A stretch of 57,305 nucleotides of DNA, filler included, from Squatina squatina (taxonomy: Eukaryota): assembly GCA_031763465.1 (NCBI GenBank). It is 3 parts of 3 records of this genome, joined end to end, with 100 filler letters (N's around TTAATTAATTAA, not from the genome) between each part and the next. Parts side by side here need not be neighbours in the genome. Positions count along the whole stretch, not along the records: positions 26,382 to 44,162 come from JARFOE010000016.1; positions 44,263 to 57,305 come from JARFOE010000203.1; 1 more part is not named here. The stretch is one strand, 5' to 3'. Below are positions 36,850 to 48,068 of this stretch, one piece after another; the stretch's first letter is position 1, and each line of letters starts with the position of its first letter. Position numbers and translations under genes: made by a program. The notes under the pieces were generated by a model. The model did no database searches, was not told the DNA's origin, and was given only the letters and a program-made list of their open reading frames with translations.

Positions 36850-37026
36850 AGTTGGTTAAAGTTACGTTCATGTCATGAGGCTGAAATTCTCAAGGAGTTG
36901 TATGCAGCTGTGTTCCCAGAGCTTTACCGTTTTAGCATTCAGTCCTTAGATCAAAAGATGGAGGTGCTTGAAGCCTTTGTCATTATGCAAAGTATTAACA
37001 TGCTGCAAGGACTCCTGCCACCCAAG
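36850..37026 (+). CDS. DNAH5: DNAH5(-like) exon
   Basis: [18 protein letters not shown]...[24 protein letters not shown]; AG/GT, phase 0-0. Confidence 0.88.
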
Positions 37027-38718
37027 GTATAACATTTAATCCTGAATCCTCAAAGGCTAGTTGTTAGGATTATATGCTTTCACACTGTCTGGTTGGGAAA
37101 AGAATTATGTAAATAATCAGCTGGTCCAGCAATAGTCTACAGTGAGGTCTGTTTTAGCAGGACCCATTTACACTGCCACTGTTGCTGTCTCTCAGTAATT
37201 CCATTCGACTGCATTTCATGCTTGCAACTAGAAAGGGTACAGTTCTGGTATAGAGGACCATGAATTGGGGCATAAACCAGAGCTACACCCATTCTAAAAT
37301 ACGTGCTACTGACAGAAGTGTGCATATAGGAAAATGACAGGATAATGAGGGAAAGACTGCTGTCCAAGAAATTCTGCCATTTACACCAAAATTGCACCTG
37401 GTTTAAGTTAAGCCTGTGGAGGAAAGGGAGAAATCACGTGTATAACTNNNNNNNNNNNNNNNNNNNNNNNNNNNNNNNNNNNNNNNNNNNNNNNNNNNNN
37501 NNNNNNNNNNNNNNNNNNNNNNNNNNNNNNNNNNNNNNNNNNNNNNNNNNNNNNNNNNNNNNNNNNNNNNNNNNNNNNNNNNNNNNNNNNNNNNNNNNNN
37601 NNNNNNNNNNNNNNNNNNNNNNNNNNNNNNNNNNNNNNNNNNNNNNNNNNNNNNNNNNNNNNNNNNNNNNNNNNNNNNNNNNNNNNNNNNNNNNNNNNNN
37701 NNNNNNNNNNNNNNNNNNNNNNNNNNNNNNNNNNNNNNNNNNNNNNNNNNNNNNNNNNNNNNNNNNNNNNNNNNNNNNNNNNNNNNNNNNNNNNNNNNNN
37801 NNNNNNNNNNNNNNNNNNNNNNNNNNNNNNNNNNNNNNNNNNNNNNNNNNNNNNNNNNNNNNNNNNNNNNNNNNNNNNNNNNNNNNNNNNNNNNNNNNNN
37901 NNNNNNNNNNNNNNNNNNNNNNNNNNNNNNNNNNNNNNNNNNNNNNNNNNNNNNNNNNNNNNNNNNNNNNNNNNNNNNNNNNNNNNNNNNNNNNNNNNNN
38001 NNNNNNNNNNNNNNNNNNNNNNNNNNNNNNNNNNNNNNNNNNNNNNNNNNNNNNNNNNNNNNNNNNNNNNNNNNNNNNNNNNNNNNNNNNNNNNNNNNNN
38101 NNNNNNNNNNNNNNNNNNNNNNNNNNNNNNNNNNNNNNNNNNNNNNNNNNNNNNNNNNNNNNNNNNNNNNNNNNNNNNNNNNNNNNNNNNNNNNNNNNNN
38201 NNNNNNNNNNNNNNNNNNNNNNNNNNNNNNNNNNNNNNNNNNNNNNNNNNNNNNNNNNNNNNNNNNNNNNNNNNNNNNNNNNNNNNNNNNNNNNNACCGC
38301 TGATCGCCCTGTTAGCACCCCATGGAGGTGCTAACAGAGCGCACGAAAAGGCCAATTTCGGCTTCTAATTTCCTGGAAATGGCTGTGAGCAATCAGGGAG
38401 ACAAATCATAAGGGCATAAAAAATTGTGTTTTATTCATTTTCTTATAAAACTTTCATTTATTTGTTCTCTAAATATGAGAGAGGGGAAATAAAGGCTATT
38501 TGAACGAATGGGAGGTCATGTGATGAATGTGTCCAACCAGAATTGGCGACCCTAACTACCAGAGAAGTCTGAAGTGGTTACCCTAGTGTTTTACAATTGA
38601 TGTCAACATTATTGGTGATCCAGAGGTATCACAATGTACAGTAGAAAATGTTATCAGGCTCTATTTCAAACTGAACCTAATCTCCATAGTATCATTGCTA
38701 TTCTACCTGACACTCTAG

Positions 38719-38923
38719 GAGCAGACTGGTGAGTTAGACCGACAGAACCTGGAGCGGTTGTTTATCTTTGGACTCATGTGGAGCATTGGTGCCACTCTTG
38801 AGCTTGATGATAGAAGGAAGATGGAGTATTGGCTGAGAAATCAGACTTGCGTCAAACTGGATATGCCTGAAATTTCTTTAGATGGTAAAGAAACAATGTT
38901 TGACTACCTTGTGGGACCCAACG
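38719..38923 (+). CDS. DNAH5: DNAH5(-like) exon
   Basis: EQTGELDRQNLERLFIFGLMWSIGATLELDDRRKMEYWLR...MFDYLVGPN. Confidence 0.88.
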
Positions 38924-39016
38924 GTGAGTCACTTCTAATATTCAAGCATACCAGGAGAACTTAAAAACTGTAGATTATGGTAGAAAATTGTGGCCTGGAA
39001 ATTTCAAGAGCTAAAT

Positions 39017-39760
39017 ACTGTAGGAAGCCTAGAGGAGTATAGAAAGTGCAGGGGTTAAATTAAAAATGAAATTAGGAAAGCAAAGAGAGGGCATGAAAAA
39101 ATATTCTTGGCTAGTAACATCAAGGAAAACCCAAAGATGTTTTATAAATACATAAAGAGCAGAAGGATTACGAAGGAAAGAGTCACTATTAGAGACCAAG
39201 AAGGTAAACTGTGTGTGGAGGCGGAAGACGTGGGTATGGTTCTTAATGAATACTTTGCGTCTGTCTTCACAAAAAAGAGGGACGATGCAGATGTTGTTAA
39301 TGAGGAACAGTGAATTAATAGTGAGATAAACTTAGTAGGAGAGGAAGTATTAAGGGGTTTAGCATCTTTGAAAGTCGATAATTCGCCAGCCCTGGATAAA
39401 ATGTATCCCAGGCTGTTAAGAGAAGCAAGGGCAGAAATAGCTGAGGCTCTGACCGTTATTTTCCAATCCTCTCTGGCTACAGGTGTGGTGCCGGAGGACT
39501 GGAGGACTGCTAATGTTGTACCATTGTTTAAAAAGGGAGAAAGGGTTAGACCGAGTAATTACATGTCAGTCAGCCTAACTCTGTGGTGGGCAAATTGTTG
39601 GAAAAAATTCTGAGGGACAGGATAAATCTTCATTTAGAAAGAGATGGATTAATCAAGGACAATCAGCATGGATTTGTTAAAGGAAGGTTGTGTCTGACTA
39701 ACTTGATTGAATTTTTTGAGGAGGTAACAAGGAAGGTCGATGAGGGTAGTGCATTTGATG
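39017..39760 (+). mobile_element. CR1 LINE ORF2 fragment
   Basis: IKENPKMFYKY; VPEDWRTANVVPLFKKG; NQHGFVKGRLCLTNLIEFFEEVT. Confidence 0.93.
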
Positions 39761-40349
39761 NNNNNNNNNNNNNNNNNNNNNNNNNNNNNNNNNNNNNNNN
39801 NNNNNNNNNNNNNNNNNNNNNNNNNNNNNNNNNNNNNNNNNNNNNNNNNNNNNNNNNNNNGAACCCCTCCATTGGATTACTGCATCATAATCCAGTCATA
39901 ACTGAGCATTGAATTCACTTGACATCTATTGCGCATTTTTTTCTGTAGAGCTACAGCAATGTTCATCCTTTTGTATAAGCATCCTTTTGTCTCAATGATA
40001 TAGTGGTTAGCTGCAGTCTTTGCTGACGGCGCAGAAACTTATTGAAGACAAATCTCTTCCCCTATTATTACCAGCAGATATCAAGAATGATTTAGAGGCT
40101 CTAATCTAATTTGAAATTCAAGTGACTGTTGAGCCCATTGATTGCCACATAAACCTTTTCCTAATTCTCCCTCTATTTCAGACAGCAACTTTTTTTTGTA
40201 ATTACTGGTGGTTAACTGCTTCAAGAGAAGTTGCTCCAGATAGGATCAAAAACTCATCCACTTTCCAAGTCAAATGTTGAGAATGGTATCACACATTTTT
40301 GAAGGTTGATAGCGTACATTAAGTGTACATGTTTTGACTTTTTAACTAG

Positions 40350-40472
40350 AGAACTATAGAAAGCTATGTGGACAAAAGAATGGGGAATGTTTATGGACCT
40401 CAAGCTGGAAAGAAAATGACCGTGTTCATAGATGACATAAACATGCCTGTTATTAATGAGTGGGGTGATCAG
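40350..40472 (+). CDS. DNAH5: DNAH5(-like) exon, AAA3
   Basis: [41 protein letters not shown]. Confidence 0.9.
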
Positions 40473-41676
40473 GTAAATAAAACTGTTCAGTCGGCTTACT
40501 TCTCTGTTGTCATCTTTGTACCAGATTGTCATTATCTTGTTAACTGTACCTAAGAAGACTACATTTGTTAAAGAGAAGTCGTTGTTTTCCAACATGTAGC
40601 TCCAGGTGGCCAGGAGGTTTAGAATTGGCAGTGGTCTGTACTCATCACATGTTTTTGGCATGAGCTGGGCCCTTAGCTGAAAGATAAGATCACCTTATTA
40701 AATTTTCTGAGTGTTGATTTCCAAAACAAAACTTTCTGGAGAAGTTAACAATGCTATGTAAATATGACTCCATACTAGGGTTGCCATCCCTCTGGAATTT
40801 TCCTGGGGGTCACCAGGAATTCAGCCAGTCGAGCCTGGGCCGGGTTTGATGGACCAAATGGACTCCTTTTGTGCGGTAACNNNNNNNNNNNNNNNNNNNN
40901 NNNNNNNNNNNNNNNNNNNNNNNNNNNNNNNNNNNNNNNNNNNNNNNNNNNNNNNNNNNNNNNNNNNNNNNNNNNNNNNNNNNNNNNNNNNNNNNNNNNN
41001 NNNNNNNNNNNNNNNNNNNNNNNNNNNNNNNNNNNNNNNNNNNNNNNNNNNNNNNNNNNNNNNNNNNNNNNNNNNNNNNNNNNNNNNNNNNNNNNNNNNN
41101 NNNNNNNNNNNNNNNNNNNNNNNNNNNNNNNNNNNNNNNNNNNNNNNNNNNNNNNNNNNNNNNNNNNNNNNNNNNNNNNNNNNNNNNNNNNNNNNNNNNN
41201 NNNNNNNNNNNNNNNNNNNNNNNNNNNNNNNNNNNNNNNNNNNNTGTTCATGTTACATCCATAATCATTAAGGAAAATGTAACTCTCTGGCAAGATGCAG
41301 AAGCCCCAGCTTTCTCTCTTGGAAAATTCAATTTAAAAAAAAAGATTGGGACAAAACAATCCCAGGGTATATCTATATCTGTCAGTCTCGTAATGGTCCA
41401 ATACCAACATGTAGCATTTGGTTTTGTTCACAACAGTGAAATTGGTAAAATAAATTTTCCACTTTGGCTATTTTTAATGTAATTTGTTACACTGATGCAT
41501 GATTGTATGAAACAGTTGACTGTTTATATTTAACTGTCCTCAATATTCAACAACATTTTGAGATGAGACTATATATTCCTGCAGTGCTGGAATTGGGACC
41601 TTCTACTGTGGGAGTGGGTTAGGATAAAGTGTTGACAGGAAAACAATGGTAACATGTCATTTTGTCATGTTCTGAG

Positions 41677-41890
41677 GTAACCAATGAGATTTTGAGACAG
41701 CTGATGGAACAGAGTGGGTTCTATAACCTGGAGAAACCAGGAGAGTTCACGCATATTGTGGACATCCAGTTTGTTGCTGCGATGATCCATCCTGGCGGAG
41801 GACGGAACGACATTCCTCAAAGGCTGAAGAGGCATTTCTCTATTTTTAACTGTACCTTGTCTTCCAACGTCTCCATTGACAAAGTCTTTG
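41677..41890 (+). CDS. DNAH5: DNAH5(-like) exon, AAA3 (GAG acceptor, non-canonical GG donor)
   Basis: [24 protein letters not shown]...[15 protein letters not shown]...IDKVF; followed by ggaagt instead of gtaagt. Confidence 0.88.
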
Positions 41891-42510
41891 GGAAGTCAGT
41901 GCCCTATGGATTTATAATATTTGACAAATTCCTTTTTTTGGCAAAATGTAACTATGATCATTTGCACATTGCATTTGCCACCATTTATATAAAATTCACA
42001 ATAAATTATATTGAATGCACAGCAGGGATTAGAAATGTAATAAGGGTCAGTGGATTTTGGTTATGGTCAGTATTCTGAATGTTTATATTTTTTTTTCCCA
42101 GGGGATCCTCCTGTGTCCCTCATATGGTGATAAAAATGAGGTATTACAGATTTGCTGAATTATTGTCTGGGGACAAGAAATTTATTGTGTCATGCAGATG
42201 AATGGCTGTAATCCTTCATTCTATGGCAATCCTCTGCCAGCTGTATTTGAACTTTCACAGCAAGACAAATTGTGCCTACCATGGTGCGTGACTCTGGTCC
42301 GGAACCCACACGCACATGCACAGCAGGCATACAATGAGAGCCCTGCTCTCATTGGCATCCTCNNNNNNNNNNNNNNNNNNNNNNNNNNNNNNNNNNNNNN
42401 NNNNNNNNNNNNNNNNNNNNNNNNNNNNNNNNNNNNNNNNNNNNNNNNNNNNNNNNNNNNNNGTTAAGTGAGCTTTTCTCTGATATAACATTATTTCCTA
42501 ATGGCTACAG

Positions 42511-42734
42511 GCGTGATTGGAATGGGTCATTTCTGCAAGCAGCGTGGATTTACTGAGGAGATTACAGACTTGGCAGCTCAGCTTGTTCCCATCACACGCA
42601 AACTTTGGCAAATTGTCAAAGCTAAGATGCTTCCAACGCCAGCCAAGTTTCACTATGTGTTTAATTTACGAGATCTCTCCAGAATTTGGCAGGGCATGCT
42701 CAACGCTACTGCAGAGGTCATTTGTTACAAAGAG
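42511..42734 (+). CDS. DNAH5: DNAH5(-like) exon, AAA3 lid
   Basis: [13 protein letters not shown]...[26 protein letters not shown]. Confidence 0.9.
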
Positions 42735-43819
42735 GTAAAGGTTTCTGTAATAACAATGGTGACTGCACTTCTACAGTAATTACTTGGCTATAAAGCACTA
42801 TGGGACATCTTGAGGACATGATAAGATATTCTATGAATGCAAGTTCTTTCCTCTATCTTCCTTCTTTCCAAATAACAGTGCTGTACTTCATTAGAAGAAA
42901 ATTTCCTTTTGTTCACACATCTCCGAAACTTCCTAATTTTTATTCCCCAGCTTTGAATTTCTTCATAATCACTTTAATATATTATGTGTGGGCTTGTGTG
43001 GATGTGGAGCCCTGTGGCACCAGGGTCCATTTTCTCTCTCGTTCAAGTTAATGGACTCCATGATTGAAAGCATTATTTAGAACTGAGGAACTCTTCTCAG
43101 CAGTGGAATTCAAGTGCTGACTTTACTGCCAACCATCTGCTTAGAATGCAAGCACTGTAAATGCAAGTTTACTTGTCAGCTTAAAAATGCCTAGTTTTTC
43201 GGTACACATGATACAATAAGTGATACTGAAAGACAAATATAGGATTGATGACAGGAAGCTGTTCTTCACACATTGGGTTAGAAATTGCGTATCGCCCCGT
43301 TTAGGGTGATAACTTTTGCGAGAATGCCGGGAAAAAAAGATTTGCAGCTGACAGGGACTTCCACTTTAGCGCTCCAAGAGGGAAGTGGAATGCTAAAACA
43401 AGCGCTACCACCTCCCTTAGAACACTAAAATGAGTTGGAGGGGTGGTATCGGCAGTACGACATGGCTTCATCAAATGCAGACTGAACAGCATGCACGGCT
43501 GTCAGCTATATCGGGGAGGAAAAATAACAACAATTGGCACATCAACAACTTACTGTACTTTTCACGATATAAAAAATTCTGCCTTGAAGGGGAATACAGA
43601 GGACAGCCGTAGTGTGATATCATGCTAGATCTGGCCTGCAGTGTCACATGGAGGCCGTCATGGTGTTCGACTCAGACAAGTAATTACAAAGTTAAGTTTC
43701 AAAATGGAGAACATTTGTGCATGGCAGAGAAGGAATATGGGAGCTGCACGCAGTCTGTGCAGATCCGTAACACTGTCAGTAGTGGGTTCGAAAGACTCAT
43801 GAAAGGAACGTGGTCTGGA

Positions 43820-44162
43820 ATGGGATGCATCCTAGGTTGCTGAGAGAAGCAAGGGTAGAAATTGCAGAGGTGCTGGCCACAATCTTCCAATCCTCCTTAG
43901 ATACAAGAGTGGTGCCAAAGGACTGGAGGATTGCAAATGTTACACCCTTGTTCAAAAAAGGAGAGAAGGACAAACCTGGCGATTACAGGCCAGTCTGTTT
44001 AATGTCGGTGGTGGGAAAGCTTTTAGAAACAATAATCCAAGAGAAAATTACCACTTGGACAAGCATGGACTAATAAAGGAGAGCCAGCATGGATTTATGA
44101 AGGGCAAACCATGTTTGACTAACTTGATTGAGTTTTTTTTTTGGATGAGCTAACGGTGACGG
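43820..44162 (+). mobile_element. CR1 LINE ORF2 fragment
   Basis: GMHPRLLREARVEIAEVL...DWRIANVTPLFKKGEKDKPGDYRPV. Confidence 0.92.
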
Positions 44163-44206
44163 NNNNNNNNNNNNNNNNNNNNNNNNNNNNNNNNNNNNNN
44201 NNNNNN

Positions 44207-44218
44207 TTAATTAATTAA
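44207..44218. other. Artificial scaffold-concatenation linker
   Basis: TTAATTAATTAA between two 44-N runs. Confidence 0.92.
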
Positions 44219-44262
44219 NNNNNNNNNNNNNNNNNNNNNNNNNNNNNNNNNNNNNNNNNNNN

Positions 44263-44766
44263 TGTTCTTGCCATGGAGGGAGTGCAGCAAAGGTTCACCA
44301 GAATGATTCCTGGGATGGCAGGGATGACGTATGAAGAGAAATTGGGTCGGTTCGGCTTGTATTCACTAGAGTTTAGAAGAATGCGAGGGGATCTCATTGA
44401 AACTTATCAAATTCTAACAGGACTAGACAGACTAGATGCAGGAAGGATGCTCCCGATGGCAGATGAGTCCAGTACCAGGGGGCACAGCCTAAGGATATGG
44501 GGTAAGCCATTTAGGACTGAGATGAGGAGGAATTTCTTCACCCAGAAAGTGGTGAACCTGTGGAATTTGGCAGCTGAGGCCAAATCATTAAATATATTCA
44601 AGAAGGAGCTGGATATAGTTCTTAAGGCTAAAGGGATCAAGGGATATGGGGAAAAAGCAGGGACAGGGCACTGAATTTGGATGACCAGCCATGATCTCAT
44701 TGAATGGTGGAGAAGGCTCGAAGGGCCGAACGGCCTACTCCTGCTCCTATCTTCTACATTTCTATG
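44263..44766 (+). mobile_element. CR1 LINE 3' end
   Basis: EGVQQRFTRMIPG...SLEFRRMRGDLIETY...MRRNFFTQKVVNLWN plus 3' UTR. Confidence 0.93.
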
Positions 44767-44903
44767 AAAGCGCAAGGACTGAAGCTTATTTGATATGGTT
44801 CTTCAGTAGGTGGAAAATATCAGGTTTAATAGTGGAGAAGTTTGCAATTGAAAAATGAAAAAGCTGAAAAAGATGGCAACACAAAAGCCATAGCCAGGTT
44901 TAA

Positions 44904-45104
44904 CCCTTTGAGTGCTGAATTTTTTTTAATAGCATCCTGCATGCCATGTTTCTCATTTATACTTAGCAGACTTAATCTGTAGCTTACCAGTCACGTGCAA
45001 ATTGTACTTGGAGACAGGAGGGAATTATCAGTACCTTCGCATTCGAATTATATTAAAAACATTTTTTTTTGAGATGCAAAGAAACAATCACAGTCCTTAA
45101 AGGG
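44904..45104. mobile_element. piggyBac-type MITE (201 bp)
   Basis: TTAA|ccctttgagtgctg ... cagtccttaaaggg|TTAA; TIR 11/14 match, TTAA target duplication. Confidence 0.75.
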
Positions 45105-46097
45105 TTAAACAATACAATAACAATAAAGAGCTTCTGACCAATAAGTTATAGGCAACTATAAGCAACTAAGTTATAGGCAAAGAGTTATTTATTTGAGTAG
45201 TGAAGTGTGTCGAGTGCTGGTTTATGACCAGTGAGTTAGGATCACAAATCATCTGATTTATATAAATCAAGCAGTCACACAGTGTAAACAGAGTATATAT
45301 AAATCAGCGGTGGTTTACAAATATTAGGCCACATATTGACTGGTGTCTGATACTGAAATACTGTTTTGAAAAATGCTCATGTGTGCAAATATGTTGAGGA
45401 CTTAAAATAAAGTATTGAACAAAACCACAATTGGTAAAATCCACCTCAGCCGAGATTTTCTGATCATAATGCTGATAGTAACCTATTTAAAATGATTGTG
45501 TTATCATCAGCATTATGGTTGGAAAGCACTAGACCAATATCTTTACAAATAATTAAGTTACTGCTTTCAACTGTAATGCTGAAATGGGAATAATATATTT
45601 AATGTAATTTTCCAAAATCATTCCATCTTATTACACCATCTGTTGGACAACGACTGCGACAGTAGAGGAAACACTAAATCAGGTGGAGTTAAATTGTAAC
45701 ACTTTTTTTTAGTAGGACGCATTGGTCAGGTTCTGGAGATCCTCCAACTCATGAAAACTTGACTGTCATTTGGGCCATCTTGTTGGGTTGTACCTTTCTT
45801 GAAATTCTGCAAACCATTATAAAGTAGGAACTCTCCCCAAACACTTCGATGTACTTTTGAGCAAGGAAACTGCAACGCAATGACTTTTTGCGCCTTGCAT
45901 CACGCAAACACAGTTTTTCCCCCACAGTCAGTGGTCACAGAACCCACACCGCCATATACTTCCAGAAAGTTGATGCATATGCACACACAAAGAAATGACA
46001 ACTATTAAACAATCATATGGATAAACAAGCTGTTTTGTCGTTACTTTTCTAGGGTGTGGGGAAGTTGTCTCTGGTAGCTATGGATAGTGACATCACA

Positions 46098-46400
46098 ACA
46101 ACTTGCACAAATTTAGTGCATTTAACAAAGAAAAATGTCCCATGGTGCTTCACAGAGATGCAAGGAAAAGAGACACCAAGCCAAAGAGGAAGAAATTAGG
46201 ATGGGTGAAAAATCTTGGTAAACAGGTGGGTTGTAAGAACTGTCTTAAAGGAGGACAGGCCAGGAGAGGATTGAAGTAACTGAGACCAGAAGACTGGAAT
46301 AAGGGTTTCAGCAACAGATGGATTGAGGGAGGAGCAAAAGTGGAAGTTGGCTGTATTTGTGATGGAGGATATGGGGTCAGAAGGTCAGCTCAGGAACAAA
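46098..46400 (-). mobile_element. Old L2 3' fragment
   Basis: Similar to 4587-4780 (caacaacttg...gtgcttcaca...gacacc.agcca...gtcttaaaggagg). Confidence 0.7.
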
Positions 46401-47457
46401 CACACTCTTTTTGAATGCATTTATAATGCCATTAAATATAGCACATGGGACAATTTCACTCTGGATGTTCATGATACATCTTAGAATACTAATAGCTTAC
46501 AGGACCTACACTAGACAGGTTATTGTTTGCATTGACACGCTAAAAGGTAAAGAGCTGTTTTTAAATTCATTCCTCTTCCTCCGACTTCTTAATGTTGCAA
46601 TTAATGTCTGGCTGAGGGAGGGTGCAATCTACTCCCAAGCCCTCGCCAAAACCACTCTGATATCAGTCATTAGATACAAAGGAGTACTCTCCCTCTGACT
46701 TTCCTTTATTCCCAAGGAGAAACCCCTGGCCTCACTTACTGTCTTCTCACATTATTACTGCTGAGATTGGCAGCTCAACTTGTAGAAGCCGATGGCAAGA
46801 ATCTTTATCCCTCTACTCTATAAAACAGTGTTCTAGGGATTCGGATACAATTAACCTAATTTGAGTAAGTCAAGATCATAATCGGAGTGGCATTGTCCAG
46901 TGTCTGGATTGTCCAATGTCTCGCCATTGAAACTGGTTAATGCACATCTGCGACAACACAAGTGTCCAAGTATCTCATCTTTGTGGGCTGCTTAGGTGCA
47001 TACCATTTTCCCCTTGTGCCATATATAAATTTTAAATTAGTGTTCCCATTAATCTGCAGATATATCAAGTTGCTGATACGAACAAATTTTGGAGCTGTGA
47101 TGCAGGATTTATCCACCAATGAGGCAACAGTGCCAAGAACAGACCTACAAAATTTCAACAAGACAAACCGATAAGTCAGAAATACAAGAGCAAGTGGAAA
47201 GCAGTTGCCTAGACTTCATGGGCCAGACCTCCAAGGCACATGGGCCATACAGGCTATAATTTGGACAATCCTACTTTTCAGGCATTATTGCAGTGATAAA
47301 TATTATCTTACAATCCCTGTTCAGGCTTGACTCCATGATGTACTTGTAGTATTCGGTAGGGCAGTTTCACTCCGGTTTTAGAACATCTGGATATTCATAC
47401 TTTGCAGGCTAGAACTGTTGCAAAAACATTTCTATGCATGTTTATAAGACAATGTAC

Positions 47458-47664
47458 CTGTTGTGACCTCTGAATGGCAGCATCTATTGCTTCGACCTTC
47501 TGTGTGACAGTGTCGCTGACTGTTTTGTATCGCTCATTGGCTTCTGCCACCTGTCGATCCAGACCCTCTCTTGCTCTCCATGGCACCAGTTCCAGTAATG
47601 CATTGCTCACTTCATTAATTGTGTCCAGGACCAGCCTGTATTCCATCACTTCCTTCTTTAACTC
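47458..47664 (-). CDS. MACF1: Microtubule-actin crosslinking factor 1, spectrin-repeat exon
   Basis: [39 protein letters not shown]...[10 protein letters not shown]. Confidence 0.88.
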
Positions 47665-47826
47665 CTGAATATTAAGCATATGAGTTTAATATTCAGTTAA
47701 GCAAAGCAGTTTGCAGTATTTAACTGATCAGATTACAAGAACAATAAAGTGTGGATATATTATCCCATTTTTCTTCCTCTCAGAGCTCACTTACATCGAT
47801 TCTGAATGTTTGACTGCTCTGCTTAC

Positions 47827-48068
47827 CTTCTGTCTCTCATGAACCTGTGGAATCTGTTCTCCAACTGGTGACTGTGGAGTACCTGCAGCAAGCTCAGCCT
47901 CCACAGAATCAAGCCAGCCACACAGCTCTTCATTAAAGGATTGGAATTTTGTGGCAAGTTGCAGAACCTGCTCTAATGTCTTCAATGCTCTGGAACTGGA
48001 AGAAGTAATTTCTGCATAACGGCTCTTAATACCATCCAACTTCTCCTGAATTATTATCACCTCTTCAC
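47827..48068 (-). CDS. MACF1: MACF1 spectrin-repeat exon
   Basis: EEVIIIQEKLDGIKSRYAEITSSSSRALKTLEQVLQLATKFQS...HERQK; phases fit neighbours. Confidence 0.88.

Noticed and set aside
35891-38366. Left- and right-type transposon termini bracketing DNAH5 exon 36850-37026 (exon capture)
   Set aside because: Each terminus abuts its own large gap; two independent copies is simpler, and the exon is in its normal order.
43820-44766. One continuous CR1 element across 44163-44262
   Set aside because: The artificial linker separates the two halves; scaffolds commonly end in repeats.
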